Source of the DNA: Allosphingosinicella sp.
Lineage (GTDB): Bacteria; Pseudomonadota; Alphaproteobacteria; Sphingomonadales; Sphingomonadaceae
Assembly: GCA_035710145.1 (NCBI GenBank)
Contig: DASTDX010000012.1
Coordinates: forward strand, 12,143 to 76,142
Direction: 5' to 3'
DNA length: 64,000 nucleotides
Shown here: one piece after another, positions 48,128 to 58,200 of the stretch
Position numbering within the stretch: position 1 is the stretch's first letter
Layout of the letters: the number at the start of each line of letters is the position of its first letter
Notes under the pieces: model-generated
Databases searched by the model: none
Told to the model about the DNA's origin: nothing
What the model saw: only the letters and a program-made list of their open reading frames with translations
Position numbers and translations under genes: made by a program

Positions 48128-48582
48128 CGGCCGAGCTCCTCGAGGAACCTGGCTTCGACGCCCGCTCGCGCGATCGTCAGCCGGACGATCCAGCGGCCGG
48201 ACGGCAGCTTCTGCTGCGAACGGTAGGTGCCGTTTCCAAGCGGCACGAAGGTCAGCGCCTTCCCGGGCTCGCGGCCCAAAGGGTGGCTCAGGTCGGCGGC
48301 GAGCATAGCCTCATCCAGCGGTCCTTCCGGCGCCGCCGCGCGGACGAGAAGGCCTCCCTCTTCGTCTGGCGCCATCCGGACTTGCCACTGCAGCCGGCTT
48401 TGCTCGCGCGCCTCGCGGAGCCAGTCATTATATTTCTGGCTGGCGACATAGGAATTGTCGACGACCGTCCCGCCGAAGGTGCGGGTGGCGAAGGTCGCCA
48501 TCAGGAGATTGACCGAGACGACGACCCCGAAGAAGGCGAGCAGGATCGCTGTCATGTGCCAGCCGGTGAAGCGCTGAATCAT
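48124..48582 (-). CDS. ccoH: FixH/CcoH family protein
   Basis: 152 aa. FTGWHMTAILLAFFGVVVSVNLLMA N-terminal anchor typical of FixH. Lies between ccoG and ccoI with 4-nt overlaps on both sides. Confidence 0.8.
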   Translation of the reverse strand: MIQRFTGWHMTAILLAFFGVVVSVNLLMATFATRTFGGTVVDNSYVASQKYNDWLREAREQSRLQWQVRMAPDEEGGLLVRAAAPEGPLDEAMLAADLSHPLGREPGKALTFVPLGNGTYRSQQKLPSGRWIVRLTIARAGVEARFLEELGR

Positions 48583-50126
48583 TGTCCGCCCCCCGGCCGC
48601 TCGAAGTTGCCGATGTCATTGGCGCCGCCACCTTCCTCGTCGAGCGCTCGCACGTTGAACGTGACGTCGCTGCGCGGCTCCGTCGAGGGCGGCGCGGCGA
48701 TGAAGATTCGCCGCCGTGCGACCTGGTCGGCGGGGACGACGAGGCGGACGGTCCGCCCGGCGGTCTCGCGGCTTCCACCCTCGTCCCACATCACGGCATT
48801 TTCGAGCCCGGAGATGGCGATCTCCATCGGGCGCGGACGGCTCTGCATGTTCCGGATCCTGACCGTGTAGTTGTTGCGAACGCTGCCGTCGGACAGCTGC
48901 ACCCAGGTCGGGTTGCGGTCATGCTGGACGCTGACGTCGATCCGGCTGCGCTGGCCCAGAGCGAACAGCATGCCCAGACCGATCCCGCTCCAGACCAGGA
49001 AATAGATGATGGTCCGCGGGCGCAGCAGGCGCTTGATCGGCGATTCCGGCGTTCCGCCCTCGGCCGCGATCTTGGTGTCGAGCACCGTCGTGTAACCGAT
49101 CAGCTTCGGCGGCCGCCCGATCTTCTCCATCACCTGATCGCAGGCGTCGATGCACAGCCCGCAGGTGATGCAGCCGATCTGCGAACCTTCCCTGATGTCG
49201 ATCCCCGTCGGGCAGACGGCAACACAGGCGTTGCAGTCGATGCAGTCGCCGATCTGGGCGCTCCTCTGGGGATTGGCGGCAAGCTCGATCAGGGAGGCTA
49301 TGCCCGGCTGGGCCTGGGCCCCCGGATCCGCTTCCTCCGGTCTTCGAACCGCAGGGCCGGCGCGCTTGATCCCGTGCGTGCGGGGCTCGCCGCGCCAATA
49401 TTTGTAGGTCACCAGAAGCGAGCGTTCGTCGAGCATCGCGCCCTGGATTCGCGGCCACGGGCACATGTAGATGCACACCTGCTCGCGAAGCAGTCCGCCC
49501 AGGACGTAGGTCGTGCCCGCGAGGATGCCGATCGTCGCATAGGCGGTGAAAGGCGCGTCGCCGCTGAAGAGCTGACGGGCGAGGGTCGGCGCGTCGGCGA
49601 AATAGAAGATCCAGGCGCCGCCGGTGGCGACAGCGATCAGCAGCCAGAGCGTGTGCTTGGACACCCTCTTGGCAATCTTCTCTGGCCCCCATGGCGCCTT
49701 CTGAAGCCTGATCTGCGCGTTTCGATCGCCCTCGATGAATCGCTCGATATGGACGAACAGATCGGTCCAGACGGTCTGCGGGCAGGCATAACCGCACCAG
49801 GCGCGGCCCACCGCCGACGTCACCAGGAACAGGCCGATCCCGGCCATGATCAGCAGTCCGGCCACATAATAGAATTCGTGCGGCCATATCTCGATGGAGA
49901 ACATGAAGAAGCGCCGGTTGGCGAGATCGACGAGAACGGCCTGATCGGGCGCATAAGGCCCACGGTCCCAGCGCAGCCAGGGCGTGACGTAATAGATGGT
50001 CAAGGTGACCGCCATGACGGCCCATTTGAAACGCCGGAAAGCGCCGTCGATCGCGCGCGGAAAGACCTTGTGTCGGGCTTCGAACAGTTTCTGCCTGGGG
50101 CCGGTCAGTTCTTCAGGGGCTGACAT
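48579..50126 (-). CDS. ccoG: cbb3 oxidase accessory 4Fe-4S protein CcoG/FixG
   Basis: 515 aa. CGYACPQ, CIDCNACVAVCPTGIDIR and CITCGLCIDACD ferredoxin motifs, with TM helices and a C-terminal Ig-like region. Confidence 0.92.
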   Translation of the reverse strand: MSAPEELTGPRQKLFEARHKVFPRAIDGAFRRFKWAVMAVTLTIYYVTPWLRWDRGPYAPDQAVLVDLANRRFFMFSIEIWPHEFYYVAGLLIMAGIGLFLVTSAVGRAWCGYACPQTVWTDLFVHIERFIEGDRNAQIRLQKAPWGPEKIAKRVSKHTLWLLIAVATGGAWIFYFADAPTLARQLFSGDAPFTAYATIGILAGTTYVLGGLLREQVCIYMCPWPRIQGAMLDERSLLVTYKYWRGEPRTHGIKRAGPAVRRPEEADPGAQAQPGIASLIELAANPQRSAQIGDCIDCNACVAVCPTGIDIREGSQIGCITCGLCIDACDQVMEKIGRPPKLIGYTTVLDTKIAAEGGTPESPIKRLLRPRTIIYFLVWSGIGLGMLFALGQRSRIDVSVQHDRNPTWVQLSDGSVRNNYTVRIRNMQSRPRPMEIAISGLENAVMWDEGGSRETAGRTVRLVVPADQVARRRIFIAAPPSTEPRSDVTFNVRALDEEGGGANDIGNFERPGGGQ

Positions 50127-51072
50127 TCTCGGCTTCCGGGGTCGGGGCTGCGGCGCCCGTCTGGTTCGCTGGCGCTGGCGCCGGTGCTTGCGGCACGAAG
50201 GCCTCGCCGCCGCCGAGCGAATGCACGTAAGCGGCGAGCATCTTGATCGTCACCGGATCCAGGCGGCCGCCCCAGGCCGGCATGACTCCATAACGGGAAT
50301 TGGTCACCGTCGCTCTCAGCGAGTCGCGGTCACCCCCATAGAGCCAGATCGCGTCGGTCAGGTTCGGCGCGCCGAACTGGCGAAGGCCGCGCCCGTCGGG
50401 GCCATGACACGAGGCGCAGTTGGCGGCGAACAGGGCCGCTCCGCGCCGGGCGCTGGCGCTTGCCGCTTCCTGCCGCGAGAGCGTCCGGACGTACGAAACG
50501 ACGTCCTCGATCTGACCAGGCTCCATCAGGCCATCGCGTCCAAAGGCGGGCATGATCGACAGGTGGGTGTTTTCCAGGTCCGGCTGGCGGATGCCGAAGG
50601 CGATGGTGCGGTGGATCTCCTGGATATTGCCGCCCCACAGCCAGTCGTCGTCGTTGAGGTTCGGATAGCCCCGGGTCCCGGCCGCGCCCGAGCCATGGCA
50701 CTGGACGCAATGCACCCTGAAGGCGGAACGGCCGCCCTCGACGGCCTGGCGCATGAGCGGCGAATTCTCCGGAAGCCGCTCGATCGGGATTCGCGACAAG
50801 GCGGCCTGGATCGGCGCCCTGCGCACGCCCTCCTCGGCCAACTCCTCCGCCAGCTGGCCGCGGCTCGACCAATCGAGCACGCCCGCGGTGGCATTGTTGA
50901 TGAGCGGCCAGGCGGGATAGAGGATCGTGTAGACGACGGCCCAGACGATGGTTGCGTACAACGTGTAGAGCCACCAGCGCGGCATCGGCGTGTCGAGTTC
51001 CTCGATCCCGTCCCACTCATGGCCGACCGTCTGCGTCCCGGTCACCTCGTCGACCCGCTTGTTGTCAGCCAT
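50113..51072 (-). CDS. ccoP: cytochrome c oxidase cbb3-type subunit III (diheme)
   Basis: GHEWDGIEELDTPMPRWW N-terminus and two CxxCH sites (CVQCHG, CASCHG). Confidence 0.92.
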   Translation of the reverse strand: MADNKRVDEVTGTQTVGHEWDGIEELDTPMPRWWLYTLYATIVWAVVYTILYPAWPLINNATAGVLDWSSRGQLAEELAEEGVRRAPIQAALSRIPIERLPENSPLMRQAVEGGRSAFRVHCVQCHGSGAAGTRGYPNLNDDDWLWGGNIQEIHRTIAFGIRQPDLENTHLSIMPAFGRDGLMEPGQIEDVVSYVRTLSRQEAASASARRGAALFAANCASCHGPDGRGLRQFGAPNLTDAIWLYGGDRDSLRATVTNSRYGVMPAWGGRLDPVTIKMLAAYVHSLGGGEAFVPQAPAPAPANQTGAAAPTPEAENVSP

Positions 51073-51229
51073 CTTGGCGATCCTCGTCCTCGAAAATGCT
51101 CATCGACGCCTCCTCGTGAGCGCTCTTCGCACCCTTTCGAAAGGTCCAGGCGACGAAGCTCAGGAAGACCACGGCCATGAAGAGGAGGCCGTAGCTGTCG
51201 GCGAACTGGCGCATGGCCTCATAGTTCAT
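51065..51229 (-). CDS. ccoQ: cbb3 oxidase subunit IV CcoQ (54 aa, not in ORF track)
   Basis: Hand translation of the minus strand from the ATG at 51229: [54 protein letters not shown]. One TM helix. ATGA overlap with the ccoO stop, and its stop lies inside the ccoP start region. Size and position are as expected for ccoQ. Confidence 0.6.
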   Translation of the reverse strand: MNYEAMRQFADSYGLLFMAVVFLSFVAWTFRKGAKSAHEEASMSIFEDEDRQDG

Positions 51230-51960
51230 CGCGCCTGCTCCCTTGGCCGGGCGGCGTTGAAATCGACCATCGTTCCAAGCATCTGGAGGTAGGCGACGAG
51301 CGCGTCCATCTCGGTCAACCGGGCCGGATCGCCATCGAAATCGCGCGCCTGGGCGCGTGGATAACGCTGGAGCAGGCCCGCATTGTCGGCATTGGGATCG
51401 GCCTGGGAACGAAGGTCCGCTTCCGCGTTGGCGATCGCGTCATCGGAGTAAGGCACGCCGACCCGGCGTAACGCCACCAGATGACGGCTGAAGCCCCGCG
51501 GATCGAGGGTGCGCTCGGAAAGAAACGCGTAAGGCGGCATGATCGATTCCGGCACGACGGAGCGCGGGTCCTTCATGTGCTGGACGTGCCATTCGTCGGA
51601 ATAACGTCCGCCGACCCGGGCCAAATCGGGACCGGTCCGCTTCGATCCCCACTGGAAGGGATGGTCGTACATGCTTTCGGCGGCGAGGCTGTAATGGCCG
51701 TAACGCTCGACCTCGTCGCGGAACGGGCGGACCATCTGGCTGTGACAGGTATAGCAGCCCTCGCGGACATAGATGTCGCGCCCGGCCTGCTCGAGCGGCG
51801 TGTAGGGGCGCACGCCCTCGACCCGCTCGACCGTCGAGTCGATCCAGAACAAGGGGGCGATCTCGACGACCCCGCCGATCGCGACCGCGATGAACGAGAG
51901 TACCGCCAGGAGGGTGACGTTCTTCTCGATCCTTTTGTGATCGAATTTCCTCGAAGCCAT
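51226..51960 (-). CDS. ccoO: cytochrome c oxidase cbb3-type subunit II (monoheme)
   Basis: 244 aa. [20 protein letters not shown] heme site and ...[19 protein letters not shown]. Confidence 0.93.
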   Translation of the reverse strand: MASRKFDHKRIEKNVTLLAVLSFIAVAIGGVVEIAPLFWIDSTVERVEGVRPYTPLEQAGRDIYVREGCYTCHSQMVRPFRDEVERYGHYSLAAESMYDHPFQWGSKRTGPDLARVGGRYSDEWHVQHMKDPRSVVPESIMPPYAFLSERTLDPRGFSRHLVALRRVGVPYSDDAIANAEADLRSQADPNADNAGLLQRYPRAQARDFDGDPARLTEMDALVAYLQMLGTMVDFNAARPREQAR

Positions 51961-51974
51961 GATCTTCTCTCGTC

Positions 51975-53633
51975 CTATTCGGCGGCTGCGGGCTGAAGCG
52001 GGCGATCCTTGGCGGGATCGAAGGCGGCGTCGGAGAGCGGCGCTTCGTCACGAAGCCGTCCCTTGATCGTCATCCAGACGTTCCACACCATGAGGGCTCC
52101 GCCGGCGAGATAGAGCAGGCCGCCGACGGCGCGGATCAGATAATAAGGCTTCATCGCCGCGACGACCTCGGCGAAGGCGTAAACGAGGTAGCCGTCCTCG
52201 CCATATTCGCGCCACATCAGGCCCTGGGTGATCCCCGCGACCCACATCGCGGAGGCGTAGAGGACGATCCCGGCGGTCGCGAGCCAGAAGTGCCAGTTGA
52301 CCATCCGCAGCGAGTAGAGCCGGGTTCGGCCCCACAGCCGCGGAGTCATGTAGTAGACCGCTGCGAAGGTGATCATGCCGTTCCAGCCCAGGGCTCCGGC
52401 ATGGACGTGGCCGATCGTCCACTCGGTGTAGTGACTGAGCGAATTGACGGCCTTGATCGACATCATCGGGCCTTCGAAGGTCGCCATTCCGTAGAAGGCC
52501 AGAGCGAAGACCATCATCCGGATGATCGGATCGGTGCGGATCTTGTCCCAGGCCCCGTTGAGGGTCATCAGACCGTTGATCATTCCGCCCCAGCTCGGCA
52601 TCCACAACACGACCGAGAACACCATCCCCAATGTCTGCGCCCAGTCCGGCAGGGCCGTGTAATGAAGGTGGTGGGGCCCGGCCCAGATGTAGAGGAAGAT
52701 CAGCGACCAGAAGTGGATGATCGAGAGGCGGTACGAATAGATCGGCCGCTCCGCCTGCTTCGGCACGAAATAATACATCATGGCCAGGAAGGGCACGGTC
52801 AGGAAGAAGGCGACCGCGTTGTGGCCGTACCACCACTGGGTCAGGGCGTCCTGGACGCCGGCGAAGGCGCTGTAGGACTTGGAGCCGACCAGGCTCACCG
52901 GAAGCGACAGGTTGTTGACGATGTGGAGCAACGCGATCGTGATGATGAAGCTCAAATAGAACCAGTTCGCGACGTAGATATGGGGTTCGCTTCGACGGGC
53001 GAGGGTCGCGACGAAGACGAGGAAATAGGCGACCCAGACGATCGTCAGCCAGATGTCGACATACCATTCCGGCTCTGCATATTCGCGGCTTTCGGTGATC
53101 CCGAGCACGTAGCCGGTCGCGGCGAGCACGATGAACAACTGATAGCCCCAGAAGACGAAGCGGGCGAGACTCGGGAAGGCCAGGCGCGCCCGGCAGGTGC
53201 GCTGGACGACGTAGAAACTCGTTGCGATCAGGGCGTTGCCGCCGAAGGCGAAGATGACGGCCGATGTGTGGAGCGGCCTAAGTCGGCCGAAGGTGGTATA
53301 TTCCGAACCCAGGTTCAGCGACGGGAAGGTGAGCTGGAGGGCGATGTACAGGCCGACGAAAAAGCCGACGACGCCCCAGAAGACGGTGGCGACGACGCCC
53401 CATCTGATCGGCTCATCGTCATAGACGTCGCTTGCGCCAGGTGGCTTCGAGATCGCTCCGGTCAGGACCGCATAATCGGCGCTTCGAAGCTGCGCGATTC
53501 CGGCCAGCAGGGCGGCCAGGCAGACGATCATCATCTGGGTGGCGAAGCCCGAATCCGCCGCCACCATCGCCAGGACCAGGGCCACGAAGGCCGCGCCGAA
53601 CCATCCCAGCGTCTTGAAAACCAGGGTATCCAT
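51975..53633 (-). CDS. ccoN: cytochrome c oxidase cbb3-type subunit I
   Basis: 552 aa polytopic protein with heme-copper ligand regions ([34 protein letters not shown]). Confidence 0.95.
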   Translation of the reverse strand: MDTLVFKTLGWFGAAFVALVLAMVAADSGFATQMMIVCLAALLAGIAQLRSADYAVLTGAISKPPGASDVYDDEPIRWGVVATVFWGVVGFFVGLYIALQLTFPSLNLGSEYTTFGRLRPLHTSAVIFAFGGNALIATSFYVVQRTCRARLAFPSLARFVFWGYQLFIVLAATGYVLGITESREYAEPEWYVDIWLTIVWVAYFLVFVATLARRSEPHIYVANWFYLSFIITIALLHIVNNLSLPVSLVGSKSYSAFAGVQDALTQWWYGHNAVAFFLTVPFLAMMYYFVPKQAERPIYSYRLSIIHFWSLIFLYIWAGPHHLHYTALPDWAQTLGMVFSVVLWMPSWGGMINGLMTLNGAWDKIRTDPIIRMMVFALAFYGMATFEGPMMSIKAVNSLSHYTEWTIGHVHAGALGWNGMITFAAVYYMTPRLWGRTRLYSLRMVNWHFWLATAGIVLYASAMWVAGITQGLMWREYGEDGYLVYAFAEVVAAMKPYYLIRAVGGLLYLAGGALMVWNVWMTIKGRLRDEAPLSDAAFDPAKDRPLQPAAAE

Positions 53634-53883
53634 ATTCTTAAGTCCCTTCGCCCTGCCGCTGCGTCACCGTCGCACGTTCCCCCAGCGTCTCAGCTGCGCA
53701 TAAGTTAGGGCCCCCAGGGTTTCCAGCCCGGCCCTGCTAAAGGTGTTCAGAAGCCCGCGAGCCGCCCTTTAAAAGGCAGAGTCCGGCCCAGCTACTAGGG
53801 GTTTTACGTACTTGCTCTTCTCACCGCCGACTGGCCAGCCGGGTTCCCGAATCGATGCCCTGAACCGATGGGCTCCGCTCCGC

Positions 53884-55704
53884 TCAATAAGCCAGGCCGA
53901 CCCCGTCGGCGCGCAGGTCCGAAGCCGCGCCATAGACTCGCTCGCCATTGTCTTCGCGGCGCTCGACACAGGAATAACGCCCGAAGCCGCCGTCCGAGGG
54001 GGCGAGCCGCCAGCCCATTTCGGCGAGCGCCAGACGGGTCGCGTCCGGTACCCCCGTCTCGAGCCGAAGCTGACCGGAGCCGCCTATCGTCTTGTCGTCC
54101 TCGCCCATCCGCTCCGACGAGCCTTCATGCTGCCAGCGGGGCGAGTCGCCCGCGGCCTGGGCGTCGAGTCCGTGATCGACCCGGTTCATGATGATCTGCG
54201 CCTGGCCCTGCGGCTGCATGGCGCCGCCCATCACGCCGAAGGAGAGCCAGGGCTGGCCATTGCGGGTCGCGAAGCCGGGAATGATCGTCTGGAACGGCCT
54301 CTTGCCGGGCGCGTAGACGTTCGGATGCCCGTCCTGGAGCGTGAACAGCTGGCCGCGGTCCTGGAACATGAAGCCGAGCCGGTCGGGGACGAGGCCCGAT
54401 CCCATGCCGCGGAAATTGGACTGGATCAGAGACACCATCATCCCGTGGCGGTCGGCGACCGAGAAATAGGTGGTGTCGCCCTGGGACGGCGCCTCGCCGG
54501 GACTGACCTCTCGGTTGATCCGGTCCGGTCGGATCAATTGGGCGCGTTCGGCCGCATAGGCCTTTGACACCAGCCATTCGGCCGGAACCCGGGAGAAATT
54601 GGGATCGCCATACCAGCGGGCCCGGTCCTCGAAGGCGAGGCGCTTGGCTTCGGCGCCGAGATGGATCGACAAGGGCGTCTGAAAGCCCGCTTCCCTGATG
54701 TCGAACCGCTCAAGGATGTTGAGCATCTGAAGCGTCGCCAGGCCCTGCGTATTCTCGGCGATCGCATGGACACCGACGCCGCGATAGGTCGTCATCGCCG
54801 GCTCGGTCCAGTTGCTTTCGTGGGCGGCGAGATCGGCGCGGTCCATCCAGCCGCCGATTCGCCGGAAATAGGATTCGATCGTCCGAGCGATCTCGCCTTC
54901 GTAGAAAGCGTCTCGGCCACCTCGAGCGATGGCTCGGTAGGTTCGGGCGAGATCGGGATTACGGAAGACCGCGCCGGCCTGGGCTCGGTCGCCGGACGCG
55001 TAGGTCGCCTGGGCGTTGGCGATCTCCTCGATTCCGCTGCCGGGGCGCGCATAATTGGCCATCGCCCGGTTCATATAATAAGCCACCACCGGCGAGAGCG
55101 GAACGCCTTCCTCGGCGTAAGTGATCGCAGGCTCGAACAATTGAGCCCACCTCAGCCGCCCGTAACGCTGGTGGAGTCGCCACCATGCGTCGACCGTTCC
55201 CGGCACGGTCACCGTCACCGCGCCGTAATTAGGAAGAACCCCATTGGTGGCGCGGGAACGCACCGTTTCAAGGCTCAGGTTGCGAGGCGATTTACCCGAT
55301 CCCGCAATTCCGACGACGCGCGCGGCTTCCGGATCCCACAGCATTGCGTAAAGGTCGCCGCCGATGCCGTTGGCGGTCGGCTCGAGGAAGCCCAAGGCGG
55401 CGTTCATCGCGATCGCTGCATCGACCGCAGAACCGCCTTTCTTGAGGATCTCGATGCCCGCGAGCGTCGCGAGCGGATGGGACGTCGCCGCCGCACCGTT
55501 GCGGCCGAACACTTCCGAGCGACTGCCGAAGCTCGCCCCTACGGGCCGGTCCCCGGCTTCCACGTCGGGGAAGTACTGGGTAGCCGGCAGAGCGGGCGTC
55601 AGCGGGGGCGTCGACGCCGCCGGTTGCGCGAAGCCGCTGCGGGCGAAGGGAAGGCCGACGGCGGCGATTGGCACGGCCGCCAGGAAAGTGCGCCTTTTCA
55701 ACAT
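53884..55704 (-). CDS. ggt: gamma-glutamyltransferase
   Basis: 606 aa. Tat/Sec-like signal MLKRRTFLAAVPIAAVGLPFARSGFAQ. Autoprocessing site QGDTTYFSVADRHG and GGAMQPQGQAQ. Confidence 0.92.
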   Translation of the reverse strand: MLKRRTFLAAVPIAAVGLPFARSGFAQPAASTPPLTPALPATQYFPDVEAGDRPVGASFGSRSEVFGRNGAAATSHPLATLAGIEILKKGGSAVDAAIAMNAALGFLEPTANGIGGDLYAMLWDPEAARVVGIAGSGKSPRNLSLETVRSRATNGVLPNYGAVTVTVPGTVDAWWRLHQRYGRLRWAQLFEPAITYAEEGVPLSPVVAYYMNRAMANYARPGSGIEEIANAQATYASGDRAQAGAVFRNPDLARTYRAIARGGRDAFYEGEIARTIESYFRRIGGWMDRADLAAHESNWTEPAMTTYRGVGVHAIAENTQGLATLQMLNILERFDIREAGFQTPLSIHLGAEAKRLAFEDRARWYGDPNFSRVPAEWLVSKAYAAERAQLIRPDRINREVSPGEAPSQGDTTYFSVADRHGMMVSLIQSNFRGMGSGLVPDRLGFMFQDRGQLFTLQDGHPNVYAPGKRPFQTIIPGFATRNGQPWLSFGVMGGAMQPQGQAQIIMNRVDHGLDAQAAGDSPRWQHEGSSERMGEDDKTIGGSGQLRLETGVPDATRLALAEMGWRLAPSDGGFGRYSCVERREDNGERVYGAASDLRADGVGLAY

Positions 55705-55904
55705 CGAACTCCTTCGTCTCCATTGGCGCGCTCGACGCTATCAGCAAGCTTGCGCTTTGGCACCACCCAGGCGCGGCGTTATCGCTTGCCCTGCAAATTG
55801 CACGCCCCACACTTGCCGAGCCTCCGTCCGCCCCACAGGGATGTCGCTGGGCGCCTGGCGGCTTTGTTACGCCGGGCGCAGCTTCCTGCTACGGGCCCCT
55901 CATC

Positions 55905-56915
55905 ATGATCCGAATCGCCCAACGCGCTTTCTCGAGCAGCCCCGATCTCGCCATCGACCTCGGCACCGCCAACACCATCGTCGTCGAGCGGGGGTCCGGG
56001 ATCGTGTTCGACGAGCCGTCGGTCTGTTGCTTCAGCGGCCATGGCGAGGGCGCCGCGTTGATGGCGGCGGGGATCGAGGCGCAGAGCTTCGTCGGCCGGG
56101 TCGCTCGGCCGCTCAGGATCGAACGACCTCTCCGCAACGGGGTGCTGAGCGACATGACCGCCGCACGAGAGCTGCTTGGCTATGCGACCCGGCGCCTTCG
56201 CTCCGGCTGGCGGGTCGGTCGGCCCCGGGTCGTCATTGGCGTGCCGGCTGACGCGACCCAGGCGGAGCGGACGGCCCTGGTCACGGCCGCGGCCGATGCG
56301 GGTCTCGCCGGCCCGGAATTGGTCGCCGAGCCTTTTCTTGCCGCTCTGGGTGCGGGGCTGGAGGTCGACGAGCCGCGCGGCCGCCTGATCGTCGATTGCG
56401 GCGCCGGCACCACCGAGGTGGCGGTGATCTCGCTGGGTGCGATCTGCCTCTCGCATTCGGTCCGGGGTGGCGGCGAGGCGCTCGACCGCGCCTTCATTGA
56501 TCATCTTCACTTGCGGCGCCGCTTCCAGATCGGGCCGGCCACGGCCGAGCGCCTGAAGCTCGAGCTTTCCGCCCTGGTCGAGAGCGGGGCGACCGACCGG
56601 CTGGTCGAAGTGCGAGGCCTCGATTCGGCTTCGGGAGTGCCGATGTCGATCGCGGTGCCCGCGGCAGAATTGCTGACCGTCTGGGAAAGATATTCGGAAG
56701 CGGTCGTCGGTGCGGTGCTGGCTGCCCTGAGCGAAACCCCGCCAGAGCTGTCGCAGGACATTCTCGAAGACGGCATCCTGCTGACCGGTGGCGCCGCTTT
56801 GATGGGCCTTCTCGCGCAGGAGGTAGAAGAAGCGACCGGGATCGAAGTGAGAATTGCCGACGCACCGCTGACGAGCGTCGCCAACGGGCTCGAGCGGATC
56901 TTCGACCGGGGCTGA
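55905..56915 (+). CDS. MreB/Mbl-family actin-like protein (divergent, isolated copy)
   Basis: From the ATG at 55905: ...DLAIDLGTANTIVVERGSGIVFDEPSV..., IVDCGAGTTEVAVISLG, LLTGGAALMGL, i.e. the phosphate-1, phosphate-2 and adenosine motifs of MreB. No mreC or mreD adjacent. Confidence 0.8.
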   Translation: MIRIAQRAFSSSPDLAIDLGTANTIVVERGSGIVFDEPSVCCFSGHGEGAALMAAGIEAQSFVGRVARPLRIERPLRNGVLSDMTAARELLGYATRRLRSGWRVGRPRVVIGVPADATQAERTALVTAAADAGLAGPELVAEPFLAALGAGLEVDEPRGRLIVDCGAGTTEVAVISLGAICLSHSVRGGGEALDRAFIDHLHLRRRFQIGPATAERLKLELSALVESGATDRLVEVRGLDSASGVPMSIAVPAAELLTVWERYSEAVVGAVLAALSETPPELSQDILEDGILLTGGAALMGLLAQEVEEATGIEVRIADAPLTSVANGLERIFDRG

Positions 56916-56953
56916 CCCAGGCGCTCCAGACGCCCGTCTCGGGTTAGCGACGC

Positions 56954-57307
56954 TCAGGCCGAAGGCCGGCTCAGGATCCAGCTCCCGCCGATCAGGGCTG
57001 CCGAAGCCGGGACCAGCGACCAGGGAAGGGACAGCAAGGCGAAGCCCGCGGCGGCACTGATCGCGAAGGCGATGATCGCTGCGCGCTTGCCCGTCCGGCT
57101 GATGGCGCCGCGGCTTCGCCATGCGGCAAGATGCGGGCCGAAAGTCCTGTGGGTCAGAAGCCAGGCCTCGAGTCTGGGACTGGAGCGCGCGAAGCAGAAC
57201 GCCGCCAGAATGACGAAAGGGACGGTCGGCAGAAGCGGAACGAACGCGCCCACGCCCGCCAGCAGCAGCGCAAGCATTCCGACGATCAGATAGCCGATCC
57301 TGAGCAT
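56954..57307 (-). CDS. ybaN: YbaN-family (DUF454) inner-membrane protein
   Basis: 117 aa. LLPTVPFVILAAFCFARSSPRLEAWLLTHRTFGPHL is the YbaN signature. Confidence 0.8.
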   Translation of the reverse strand: MLRIGYLIVGMLALLLAGVGAFVPLLPTVPFVILAAFCFARSSPRLEAWLLTHRTFGPHLAAWRSRGAISRTGKRAAIIAFAISAAAGFALLSLPWSLVPASAALIGGSWILSRPSA

Positions 57308-57609
57308 GCGGCGAACGTCAGCCTGCCCGCGCAGGAGGGCAGGGGCAGGCGATATTCGCAGGCACTTCTCGGAACAGGCGATTCAAGACCGTCTCCTGGC
57401 CAGGGATGTGATCTGCCTACGCTCCGGGGATGAACCCGATCAACGGTCGCGACAGTCAAAAGCGCTGATTTTCGCGGATTCGTTCATCCTCGTGACAGAT
57501 ACCGTGTCCGCCGGGCCACGCGTGGCAGGTTTCTCTACCAAATTGGTTGAAAGCCCCTGCCGGAGCCTTATCTGCGGCCCACTGCAAAACAGAAAAGGAC
57601 GCAACAACA

Positions 57610-58107
57610 ATGCGTAAACTCATTCTCGCCGCGCTCGCGGCTTCCACCTTCGTCGCCGCTCCGGCGATGGCCGCCGATTTCAGCGGCAGCCGCGTCGGCA
57701 TCACCGTCGGCACCGGCGGTGATGATCCGCTGGACTTCGACGGCACCACCGTCGGCGTCGAGCTTGGCCATGATTGGGATCTCGGCAGCGCCGTCGTCGG
57801 CGTCGGCGCCGAGTATCAGACTGATCTTGGTGACGACTTTCTCGACGTCAACGAAACGGCTCTTCTCGCCCGCGTCGGCGCGAAGGTCGGCACCAACGCT
57901 CTGGTCTATGCCAGCGGCGGCCTGACCCGCATCAGCGACGGCGTTTCGCCGTTCGATGGCGGCGAAGACGGCTTCCGCTTGGGCGGCGGCGTCGAGTTCG
58001 GCCTCGGTGATGGCGGCACGACCCTGAAGGTCGAGCAGCGCTACCTCGATTATGGCAGCGGCGCCAATGCTTGGCAGACCGTCGCCGGCATCGGCGTGCG
58101 CTTCTAA
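57610..58107 (+). CDS. small outer-membrane beta-barrel protein (OMP_b-brl/OmpW-like size)
   Basis: ATG 57610. Signal MRKLILAALAASTFVAAPAMA. Alternating Gly/aromatic beta-strand pattern. C-terminal ...VAGIGVRF. Confidence 0.7.
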   Translation: MRKLILAALAASTFVAAPAMAADFSGSRVGITVGTGGDDPLDFDGTTVGVELGHDWDLGSAVVGVGAEYQTDLGDDFLDVNETALLARVGAKVGTNALVYASGGLTRISDGVSPFDGGEDGFRLGGGVEFGLGDGGTTLKVEQRYLDYGSGANAWQTVAGIGVRF

Positions 58108-58132
58108 ATCTCTCCTGCACGGAGAAAGAGAA

Positions 58133-58160
58133 GGGCGGGGCTTCGGCCTCGCCCTTTTTG
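58133..58160 (+). terminator. intrinsic terminator after OMP gene
   Basis: GGGCGGGGC-ttcg-GCCTCGCCC followed by TTTTTG. Confidence 0.65.
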
Positions 58161-58200
58161 TTTGAGCGGCGGGCCAGGCTGGCAAGTCATCCGGTTGTCG

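Noticed and set aside
48582-50123. 513-aa plus-strand ORF antisense to ccoG. There are similar ones at 52290..53708 (ccoN), 58330..60153 (ATPase), 30180..31793 (ydbT-like), 36381..37949 (nupC), 11216..13006 and 13728..15203 (cpaE/cpaC), 21681..23288 (gcvT) and 55779..57122 (mreB-like).
   Set aside because: All of them mirror confidently assigned genes, are enriched in Arg/Gly/Asp/Pro, and lack motifs. I treat them as GC-driven shadow ORFs.
53634-53883. Searched the ccoN upstream region for an FNR/FixK box (TTGAT-N4-ATCAA).
   Set aside because: No convincing palindrome found by eye on either strand, so no regulatory site is annotated. A computational motif scan would be needed.
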